Positions 56,743-64,000 of a stretch of DNA of 64,000 bases are shown in pieces. The stretch spans positions 136,096 to 200,095 of the forward strand of contig DYGS01000001.1 in NCBI GenBank assembly GCA_020724585.1. The letters are read 5' to 3'. How positions within the stretch are numbered: the stretch's first letter is position 1; each line of letters starts with the position of its first letter. The notes beneath the pieces were generated by a model. That model was not told the origin of the DNA. It did no database searches and saw nothing but the letters and a program-made list of their open reading frames with translations. This DNA is from Candidatus Microgenomatus sp. GTDB taxonomy: Bacteria > Patescibacteriota > Microgenomatia > UBA8517. The position numbers and the translations under genes are program-made.

Positions 56743-57714
56743 ATGCCTAGAAAAATTGAAATATCTCATAAGACAATTGTTTTTACAGCGGTTTTTGTTG
56801 GTTTTTTGTGGCTTCTTTTCCAAATAAGGGATATATTGTTGCAGCTTTTTGTTGCGCTTTTGCTGATGGCGATTTTAAATCCTGCTGTAACAAAACTGTC
56901 AAAATATAAGATCCCAAAAGGCTTATCTGTTTTGGTCTCCTATCTACTACTTTTCGGCATTTTAGGTTTAGCTGTCAGTTCAATAATTCCGCCATTAGTT
57001 GAGCAGACAACAAATCTGGCAAGCAATCTTCCGGGATATATCCAAAAACTTAAACTCGAGCAGTATATAAGTGAGGATATTTTAAAAGAATTTGCTTCAC
57101 AACTTGGTAGTATTCCAGGACAGATAATAAAATCAATATTATCGCTTTTTGGCAATGTCATAAGCATTTTAACAGTTGCAATTTTGGCTTTTTATCTTCT
57201 ATTAACGCGGGATAATTTGGAAAATAATTTAGAGGATTGGTTCGGAGAAGATAATTCCAAAAAAATTGCCTTAGTAATTGATGATCTGGAAAGAAAACTT
57301 GGAGGTTGGGCAAGGGGTCAGTTGTTTCTAATGTTATTAATAGGGGTTTTAACCTATTTTGGCCTTTTGCTTTTAGGAATTCCCTATGCTCTGCCGTTAG
57401 CTATTTTTGCTGGAATAATGGAAATAATTCCATATATTGGCCCAATAGTCGCGGCGGTTCCTGCTGCAATTTTGGGTTTTAGTATTTCTCCCTTCTTAGG
57501 ATTTGCGTCTATTGGTCTATCTCTTTTAATTCAACAACTTGAAAATTATGTTTTTGTACCCAAAGTCATGGAGAAATCAACAGGTGTTCCTCCAATTATT
57601 GTTTTGATTGCTTTAGCGATTGGTTTTAATTTAGCTGGAGTAGTTGGGATGATTGTTTCGGTACCTGTTGTCATAATAATTCAGAGCTTGGTATCTTCAA
57701 AACTTTCTAAATAA
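56743..57714 (+). CDS. AI-2E family transporter
   Basis: Multi-TM; RGQL, IPYIGP and QQLEN...PK motifs. Confidence 0.92.
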   Translation: MPRKIEISHKTIVFTAVFVGFLWLLFQIRDILLQLFVALLLMAILNPAVTKLSKYKIPKGLSVLVSYLLLFGILGLAVSSIIPPLVEQTTNLASNLPGYIQKLKLEQYISEDILKEFASQLGSIPGQIIKSILSLFGNVISILTVAILAFYLLLTRDNLENNLEDWFGEDNSKKIALVIDDLERKLGGWARGQLFLMLLIGVLTYFGLLLLGIPYALPLAIFAGIMEIIPYIGPIVAAVPAAILGFSISPFLGFASIGLSLLIQQLENYVFVPKVMEKSTGVPPIIVLIALAIGFNLAGVVGMIVSVPVVIIIQSLVSSKLSK

Positions 57715-57740
57715 GTCCAATTTTGGTAAAATACAGTCTA

Positions 57741-58047
57741 GTTTTAGAGGTGGGACAATAGCCCCGTTATTTAACGGAGAGGAAAGTCCAGGCAGTAGAA
57801 GACAGGGTGCCTTGCCGCAAGGCAAGGGGTTTCTCCGCCATCGGCGGGGGAATACAGTCAGAGCAACAGAGACGAGTCCCCCGCTTGTCGGGGGAGTGAA
57901 ACGGGCAATCCTCCCCACTGCAACCTCCGAATTGGCCGATATTTGGATGTCTTCCCAATATCGCATTTGCGATGCGGCCTAAGGCATGAGGGCGTAGATA
58001 GATTATTGTCAATATTAAACAGAACCTGGCTTATCAGCCTCTAAAAC
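57741..58047 (+). ncRNA. rnpB: RNase P RNA (compact)
   Basis: GAGGAAAGUCC and ACAGAA-CCUGGCUUA conserved regions, GUGAAAC.GGCAA; P1 GUUUUAGAGG/CCUCUAAAAC and P2 GACAAU/AUUGUC pairings. Confidence 0.97.
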
Positions 58048-58075
58048 CAAAAATATATAGTTACTTTAGTCACAA

Positions 58076-58519
58076 ATGAAATTGGTAATTCAAAGAGTAA
58101 AACGAGCAAGTGTAAAAGTAATTAAGACTGGAAAAATTTCGGGTGAAATTAAAAAAGGTCTATTTGTCTTGTTTGGAGTTAAAAAAGGAGATACCAAGGA
58201 AAATGCGGACTTATTAGTTGAAAAAATTTCTAAATTAAGGATTATTTCTGATCAAAACGAAAAAATGAACTTATCAGTAATTGATTCTAAACAAGAAATT
58301 TTAGTAGTTTCACAATTTACACTCAATGCAAATACAAAAGATGGGAATAGACCGAGTTTCATTGAATCAGAGAATCCATTAAAAGCTAAAAAACTGTATA
58401 AATATTTTATTGATAGATTAAGATACAAAGGTATAGAGGTTAAAAGTGGCAGTTTTGGAGATAATATGGAGATAACAGCGGTTCTTGATGGACCCGTTAC
58501 AATTTTTTTAGAAAGCTAA
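58076..58519 (+). CDS. dtd: D-aminoacyl-tRNA deacylase
   Basis: VIQRV..ASV, VSQFTL, G.RPSF and DGPVT motifs. Confidence 0.97.
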   Translation: MKLVIQRVKRASVKVIKTGKISGEIKKGLFVLFGVKKGDTKENADLLVEKISKLRIISDQNEKMNLSVIDSKQEILVVSQFTLNANTKDGNRPSFIESENPLKAKKLYKYFIDRLRYKGIEVKSGSFGDNMEITAVLDGPVTIFLES

Positions 58520-59112
58520 ATTAATTTTTCATTTCCCAAAAATTCTACGAGTTTTTTTGTTGTGGTGTACTGACGGCCAATTGAGACAAATAGACGGTTT
58601 ATATCTTTCCAATATTTTTTAGGAAGAATTTTTATAAGTTCTTTTTCAGTTTCCTCGGGCTTTTTTGTTTTTACCCAACCCAGTAGATTACTGATTCTGT
58701 GAACATGGATATCAACGGCCACGGCCGGAATACCAAAAGCGCGATTTAAAACCAAATTTGCGGTTTTTCTACCAACACCAGGAAGTTTCATAAGTTCCTG
58801 TCGTGTTTTTGGGATAAAAGCAGGGTGCAACCCTGCTATGGCTGTCAAATATTTTGCCTTGGTTTTGTAAAATCCCACAGGATATATTAAATTTCTAATC
58901 TCTAATTCACTTAATTGACATAATTTTTTTAAGTTCGGAGCTTTTTTAAAAAGTCTTTTTGATGCTTCGAATGTCACTTCATCTTTAGTTCTAGAAGAAA
59001 GCAATGTTGAAATCAGGGTATCGTATGGGTTTACAGAAAACACTTCAAGAGGCACTAGTTTGTAGTGCTTCCTGAAGGATTTAAAAACTGGCTCAAAATT
59101 AATTTCCGCCAA
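58516..59112 (-). CDS. nth: Endonuclease III (HhH-GPD glycosylase) lacking the Fe-S motif
   Basis: LLS.RT.D, GFYKTKA, LPGVGRKTAN and AVD.HVHRI motifs. TTG 59112 is the probable start, because the longer ORF overlaps the DUF5679 gene. Confidence 0.9.
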   Translation of the reverse strand: MAEINFEPVFKSFRKHYKLVPLEVFSVNPYDTLISTLLSSRTKDEVTFEASKRLFKKAPNLKKLCQLSELEIRNLIYPVGFYKTKAKYLTAIAGLHPAFIPKTRQELMKLPGVGRKTANLVLNRAFGIPAVAVDIHVHRISNLLGWVKTKKPEETEKELIKILPKKYWKDINRLFVSIGRQYTTTKKLVEFLGNEKLI

Positions 59113-59239
59113 TTTTGAACATTGTAGTTCCGCAAACTTCACAAACTGCCTTTGTTGCTTTTTTGCCATTTTTCATTGTGACAGCTTGTGCGTCTTTACC
59201 TTCTCTTTTAGTTCTACACTTTACGCAGTACATCGCCAT
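59099..59239 (-). CDS. DUF5679-like small zinc-ribbon protein (46 aa, not in the ORF track)
   Basis: MAMYCVKCRTKREGKDAQAVTMKNGKKATKAVCEVCGTTMFKIGGN; strong AAGGGGGTGA RBS. Confidence 0.88.
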   Translation of the reverse strand: MAMYCVKCRTKREGKDAQAVTMKNGKKATKAVCEVCGTTMFKIGGN

Positions 59240-59291
59240 ATTTAAATCACCCCCTTCGTTTTCGGCTAGCTTGGGGCAAGTCCCCAGGTGC

Positions 59292-59525
59292 CTATTTCGA
59301 AACCCAGTATATCACCACAAGGGAAATCACGATTAACAAGGCTAAAATCAAACTTTTTATAAGGTCTTTTTTGTCTAAGGTTGTTTCGATGTTTATTTCC
59401 GTATTTTTGGAATTTTTGTGGTTAAGTTGTTGTGCGGCGGGAACTTGGAACTTGTAATTCAATTGGGTATTGACAGGCTGTATATGAGCTTTATTTTTAT
59501 GCTTTTTTGTTCTTTTTTTTGCCAT
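59292..59525 (-). CDS. Hypothetical protein with basic N-terminus and C-terminal TM helix
   Basis: 77-aa ORF with a hydrophobic C-terminal helix. Confidence 0.7.
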   Translation of the reverse strand: MAKKRTKKHKNKAHIQPVNTQLNYKFQVPAAQQLNHKNSKNTEINIETTLDKKDLIKSLILALLIVISLVVIYWVSK

Positions 59526-59554
59526 AATTTTTATGTATCCTATTTTTAAGCTAC

Positions 59555-60004
59555 ATGAATATTACATTATCGTTTTTCATTTTGGCAACAGTTTGGCTTG
59601 TTGGACTGACGGTTTTTTTAGTATGGCTTTATCTAAGACTTAAAAATTTGTTTTTAAATGCCAAAGATGGAGATTTTCTAAAAGCCATTAAAAAGATTGA
59701 AAACCTCCAAGAGGCGTCCTTGTCAGATATTAAAGATATAAAGCGCGACATTTTAAGTTTTAAAGAGATTTCATTAAATGATTTTAGTAAAATTGGAGTG
59801 GTTAAATTTAACCCTTTTAACGACACTGGAGGTGGAAACAGTTTTTCTATGGCACTTCTAGATGGAAACAAGAATGGCATTATTGTCACAAGCCTTCATA
59901 GCAGGGAGAGGACAAGGCTTTATTTGAAGGAAATAAAATCTGGCAAAAGTACTGTTGAATTATCAAAAGATGAAGAAAAGGCACTTGCCAAGGCATTAAA
60001 ATAA
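59555..60004 (+). CDS. DUF4446 family protein
   Basis: N-terminal TM helix; KFNPF.DTGG..SFS.ALLD, SLH.R..TR.Y.K and ELS.EE motifs. Confidence 0.85.
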   Translation: MNITLSFFILATVWLVGLTVFLVWLYLRLKNLFLNAKDGDFLKAIKKIENLQEASLSDIKDIKRDILSFKEISLNDFSKIGVVKFNPFNDTGGGNSFSMALLDGNKNGIIVTSLHSRERTRLYLKEIKSGKSTVELSKDEEKALAKALK

Positions 60005-60011
60005 TGAAAAA

Positions 60012-61214
60012 ATGAAAAAACTAGAAATAATTATGTCTTCTAAAAATTTTATGCTGGTATTAGGCTTTTTGGGTTTATACCTTGTTTCAACGGGTGTATC
60101 TTTGGCAGGCTTTACATTTTTGGGCAAAGGTGAAACCGGGAGGAAAAATACAATTAGTCCGTCGGGCAAAGTCTCGAGAATTGATTTATCAAAACCGAAA
60201 ACCGAAGAGTGCCCAATAAACGGAGCATATTTTACCAAAGAAGAGAGGCAGTCTTGGGAGAAAAAACGGCCAATTATTGCAATGATTGAAAATTCAACCG
60301 ACGCAAGGCCCCAGTCGGGTTTGTCTTACGCAGACGTTATCTATGAGGCAGTGGCTGAGGGTGGAATAACGCGGTTTATGCCAGTTTTTTATTGCAACAC
60401 ATTAGCTGAGGAAGTAAAGATTGCACCCGTTAGGTCCGCAAGAATATATTTTATAAATTTAGCCATGGAATATGGAGATAAGCCAATATTTATGCATGTA
60501 GGCGGTGCCAATAACTACTCGGGGAGCGGAGACACTACCAAGGAGGTCAGGGCACTTGAATATTTGGAAACAATCGGTTGGAGAGTGCCGAGGGGTAATG
60601 ACTTTGACACAACATATGATTCTGCCTTTCCTGTTTTTTGGAGAAATTATGAAAGATTGGGTCGTGAAATAGCGACAGAACATACAATGATGGCGTCTCT
60701 TGATGCCGCCTATGAACAGGCCGCAAAGCGGAAGTTAAATTATAAGGATGAAGACGGCAAGGCTTGGGATGAGGATTTTAAGCCTTGGAAATTTGCAGAT
60801 GACAAACCACAAACTCCAAAGGCGTCTGAAATATCTTATGCATTTTGGGATGGCAAAGCTGATTATGATGTTTTATGGAAATACGATCAGAGTAAAAATG
60901 CGTATTTCAGATATACTGGCGGTCAGGAACACAAAGACCTCGAAACTCAACTGCCGCTAACTGCAAAGAATGTGGTTATTATGTTTGCCAAAGAAAAGGG
61001 ACCGGTTGATAAAAACATGCACATGTTTTACCAGGTAACAGGCGAGGGTGAGGCTTTGGTTTTTCAAAATGGACAGGTAATTGAAGGAACATGGGAGAAA
61101 AAAACAGGCTTTGATAGGACTCTATTTTTAGATAAAAATGGCGATGAAATCGAATTTGTTAGAGGTCGGACTTGGATTTCTGTCGTTCCGTCGGGAAATC
61201 GTATTAGTTATTAA
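60012..61214 (+). CDS. DUF3048 domain-containing exported protein
   Basis: MIENS..ARPQSGL..AD.IYE..AEGGITRF, PVRSAR and G.TWI motifs. Confidence 0.88.
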   Translation: MKKLEIIMSSKNFMLVLGFLGLYLVSTGVSLAGFTFLGKGETGRKNTISPSGKVSRIDLSKPKTEECPINGAYFTKEERQSWEKKRPIIAMIENSTDARPQSGLSYADVIYEAVAEGGITRFMPVFYCNTLAEEVKIAPVRSARIYFINLAMEYGDKPIFMHVGGANNYSGSGDTTKEVRALEYLETIGWRVPRGNDFDTTYDSAFPVFWRNYERLGREIATEHTMMASLDAAYEQAAKRKLNYKDEDGKAWDEDFKPWKFADDKPQTPKASEISYAFWDGKADYDVLWKYDQSKNAYFRYTGGQEHKDLETQLPLTAKNVVIMFAKEKGPVDKNMHMFYQVTGEGEALVFQNGQVIEGTWEKKTGFDRTLFLDKNGDEIEFVRGRTWISVVPSGNRISY

Positions 61215-61263
61215 CTACCCCATTCATTTTTAAAAATAATATTGTATAATTATTGTAAACAAT

Positions 61264-61848
61264 ATGGCCAATATTTCAGATGTTATTACTTCAAAAGTCA
61301 GAGTTAAAATTTTAAATCTTTTTTACTCTAATTTAAAGGAAATGTACCATGTTAGAGGAATCGTTAGAGAGGTTGGTGAAGAAATAAATGCAGTAAGAAG
61401 AGAATTGATAAGGCTTGAAACTGCTGGAATTCTCAAGAAAGAACAAAGGGGGAACAGGGTTTACTATTTTGTACGCAGTGATTATCCTCTTTTTGGCGAT
61501 ATTTTGTCTATTGTTTCCAAAGAAACAGGTTTGGGAAAACAGTTAATTGAATCAAAATCAAAACTTGGAAAAGTTTCTTACATTATGTTTTCCGGTAGAT
61601 TTTCTAGAGGGAAATCCAGGAAAAAAGACGACGAAGTCGAAATTTTGGTAGTTGGCGACATTGTCTTGCCTGAGTTGGCCGCAATAGTAAGAGTTTACGA
61701 ATCAAAACTGGGTAGAGATATAAATTACACAGTAATGAGTAGGGAAGAACTAGATTATAGAAAAAAGAGAAGGGACCCGTTTTTACTTGGCATTTTAACA
61801 GCCAGTAGAACTATGATTATCGGAGATGAAGAAGAGCTTATTGGTTAA
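61264..61848 (+). CDS. Winged-HTH protein with a degenerate nucleotidyltransferase-like C-domain
   Basis: SKVRVKIL..F, HVR.IVR, NAVRREL..LE..G HTH region; SG.F...VEILVVG and R.INY...S.EE in the C-domain. Confidence 0.75.
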   Translation: MANISDVITSKVRVKILNLFYSNLKEMYHVRGIVREVGEEINAVRRELIRLETAGILKKEQRGNRVYYFVRSDYPLFGDILSIVSKETGLGKQLIESKSKLGKVSYIMFSGRFSRGKSRKKDDEVEILVVGDIVLPELAAIVRVYESKLGRDINYTVMSREELDYRKKRRDPFLLGILTASRTMIIGDEEELIG

Positions 61849-63079
61849 ATTACTTCTAATTTTAGCAATTGTTGGCGTCTCACTATATGTGAGTTTTTTT
61901 GATTCCCGTTTTAAGTTTTCACTAGGACTTGATTTGGCGGGAGGAAGCCGCCTTGTTTTTGAGGCAGATACTAGTCGAGTTGATTTATCCATAAAGGACA
62001 AAGCACTAGAATCCTTAAGAACTGTAATTGAAAAAAGAGTCAATTTGTTTGGTGTGTCTGAAAGTAATGTATATTCGTCCAATTTTGAAAACAAAGATAG
62101 AATAATAGTGGAGCTTCCTGGGATTACTGATCCAAAAGAGGCAACATTATTAATCGGAAAAACTGCTCAGCTTGTTTTTGCTATACCTAATTCTGAATCG
62201 GAAGCAACCGCATCATCTGAAATTGTTGGGCTAATACCAACAAATTTGACAGGAGCGGATTTGAAATCGGCTGAAACGATTTTTGATCAAAATACAGGAA
62301 AACCTGCCGTGGCGATTGAATTTAATGACGAAGGTTCCAAAAAATTTGAGACAATAACGGGAGAAAATATAGGCAAGCCTCTGGCTATACTTTTAGATAA
62401 TGAAATCGTTTCATCGCCGCTTGTAAATGAGAAAATTACCGGCGGTAAGGCACAAATTTCAGGACAATTTACACTGGAAGAGGCAGAAAAGTTAGAAACT
62501 CAGCTAAATGCTGGCGCACTTCCTGTTCCTGTCTTATTGGTTGAAGAGAAGACTGTAGGAGCGTCTCTTGGCGTGGACTCGATTAATAAAAGTCTAAAAG
62601 CTGGAATAATTGGGCTTATAATGATATCTATTTTTATGATTCTTATTTATGGCAGATATGGAATTGTGTCGGTAATTTCTCTTTTAATTTTTGCCATAAT
62701 TACGATTGCTATTTATAAAATTATCCCGATTACGCTTACTCTTCCCGGAATTGCAGGGTTTCTACTGACAGTTGGAATGGCGGTTGATAGCAATATTTTG
62801 ATTTTTGAAAGACTTAAAGAAGAAATAAAGTTAAAATCGTTGGAGACGGCAATGGAAGTTTCTTTTGGCAAGGCTTGGGATTCTATAAGAGACGCAAATA
62901 TTGCAACACTAGTTGCGGCATTTATTCTGGCAAATCCGCTAGATTGGGGTTTTTTGCATATTTCAGGACCTGTTCGCGGTTTTGCAATAACATTAGCTTT
63001 GGGTATAGGTATAAGTTTGTTTACAGGAATAGTTGTAAGCCGTAGTTTACTTAGACTATTCATAAGAAATGACAAATAA
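61826..63079 (+). CDS. secD: Protein translocase subunit SecD
   Basis: LGLDLAGG, RVN.FGVSE, AGALPVP, GMAVDSNILIFER and GPVRGFA motifs. Confidence 0.98.
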   Translation: MKKSLLVKLLLILAIVGVSLYVSFFDSRFKFSLGLDLAGGSRLVFEADTSRVDLSIKDKALESLRTVIEKRVNLFGVSESNVYSSNFENKDRIIVELPGITDPKEATLLIGKTAQLVFAIPNSESEATASSEIVGLIPTNLTGADLKSAETIFDQNTGKPAVAIEFNDEGSKKFETITGENIGKPLAILLDNEIVSSPLVNEKITGGKAQISGQFTLEEAEKLETQLNAGALPVPVLLVEEKTVGASLGVDSINKSLKAGIIGLIMISIFMILIYGRYGIVSVISLLIFAIITIAIYKIIPITLTLPGIAGFLLTVGMAVDSNILIFERLKEEIKLKSLETAMEVSFGKAWDSIRDANIATLVAAFILANPLDWGFLHISGPVRGFAITLALGIGISLFTGIVVSRSLLRLFIRNDK

Positions 63080-63160
63080 ATACAAATATCAAATAAATAC
63101 AAATGCTCAATATTGGAAATTTGCGATTGGTTTATTGGTAATTATTTTTATTTATTGATT

Positions 63161-63964
63161 ATGAATTGGATGAAATACAAGTTATTATATTTGACGATAT
63201 CCTTGGTTTTTATATCATCGGGATTATACAGTCTCTTCAAGTGGGGGCTAAGTTTGTCAATTGATTTTACTGGAGGAGTAAAGGCTGTTTATAAACTTGA
63301 AAATGGAGAGATTTTAAACATAAAAGAGGGGATAAAGACAATTCAGGAGGTGGATAAAATCAGAAATGAGTATAAGTCAAAAGGAGCAATTGAAGAGGTT
63401 TTTGAGGTGGTTGGACCTTCAATTGGCCCAGAGCTTATAAAAAAGACATATTATGCTGTTGGTATTTCAACTGTCCTTATTTTACTTTGGATTACAGTTC
63501 AATTTAGAAGTGTAAAATTTGGAATTTCTGCTGTTCTTGCTATGCTTCACGATATGTTGGTACTGATTGGATCATTTTCATTATTTGGCCATTTTCTTAA
63601 TGCTGAGATTGATTTTCTTTTTGTAACTGCAGTATTAACCACCCTTTCGTTTTCAGTTCACGACACAATTGTAGTTTTTGACAGAATTAGAGAAAAATTG
63701 AAATTATCGTCAACTGAAAACTTGGAGCTTATAGCAAATCAGGCGATTACAGAAACAATGGTTAGATCAGTCAATAACTCATTAACTATAATTTTTATGC
63801 TTTTATCTCTGATTCTTTTGGGTGGGGAGACAATTAAATGGTTTGGTTTAGCCCTTTTAATAGGGACAGTTTCAGGAACTTACTCATCTCCATTTGTTGC
63901 AATCCCATTTCTTGTTACATGGGAATACATACAGAAAAAATATGTGTCATTGCGAACAAAGTGA
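63161..63964 (+). CDS. secF: Protein translocase subunit SecF
   Basis: IDFTGG, VGPSIG.EL, HD, SVHDTIVVFDRIRE, RS.N.S.T and GTYSS motifs. Confidence 0.97.
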   Translation: MNWMKYKLLYLTISLVFISSGLYSLFKWGLSLSIDFTGGVKAVYKLENGEILNIKEGIKTIQEVDKIRNEYKSKGAIEEVFEVVGPSIGPELIKKTYYAVGISTVLILLWITVQFRSVKFGISAVLAMLHDMLVLIGSFSLFGHFLNAEIDFLFVTAVLTTLSFSVHDTIVVFDRIREKLKLSSTENLELIANQAITETMVRSVNNSLTIIFMLLSLILLGGETIKWFGLALLIGTVSGTYSSPFVAIPFLVTWEYIQKKYVSLRTK

Positions 63965-63972
63965 AGCAATCT
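63944..63972. repeat. REP-like dispersed element, copy 2 (supplies the secF stop codon)
   Basis: GTGTCATTGCGAAC-aaa-GTGAAGCAATCT; matches 29637-29666. Confidence 0.7.
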
Positions 63973-64000
63973 AAATTAGATCCCCACACTCACTTTTGTT

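Noticed and set aside
57697-58012. Two minus-strand ORFs (89 and 81 aa)
   Set aside because: They overlap the RNase P RNA and arise from its high GC content.
59113-59169. N-terminal extension of Nth (MAKKQQRQ...)
   Set aside because: It overlaps the better-supported DUF5679-like gene in another frame.
2858-63102. Many short antisense and alternative-frame ORFs in the ORF track
   Set aside because: They lie within well-identified genes and have no motifs or start signals, so they are shadow ORFs.
1-64000. CRISPR array, integrase, transposase or prophage
   Set aside because: I found no regularly spaced repeats and no recombinase or phage gene cluster. The baseplate-J-like gene is isolated in a housekeeping operon.

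Overview
Core-genome window from a low-GC bacterium with Candidate Phyla Radiation (Patescibacteria, probably Microgenomates) traits: no rpmD/L30 in the spc operon, a short AlaRS, and compact overlapping genes. The taxonomy is my inference. The window carries rpsO-pnp, rnj, ftsK, alaS, a sortase, ruvX, mltG, rpoBC, an interrupted str operon, the S10/spc/alpha ribosomal clusters, two ABC transporter operons, tRNA-Pro(GGG), recA-recX-rny-hup, miaA, RNase P RNA, dtd, nth, secDF and two type II toxin-antitoxin modules. The best candidate for an undescribed system is a leaderless DUF3800 (RNase H-like) gene whose 3' end overlaps a predicted ~68-nt antisense RNA with its own promoter, 5' hairpin and terminator. 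Other unusual features: EF-G with non-canonical G4 (NKLN) and G5 (GGDNR) motifs; a Lon-like ATPase without a protease domain, followed by three coupled membrane micro-peptides; UDG and EndoIII lacking their Fe-S cysteines; RNase J with altered metal ligands; natural rifampicin- and streptomycin-resistance-type residues; many apparently leaderless genes; terminator-like hairpins in leaders of essential operons; and dispersed short repeats, some inside coding sequence. All calls come from reading the sequence and ORF track by eye; no searches were run.
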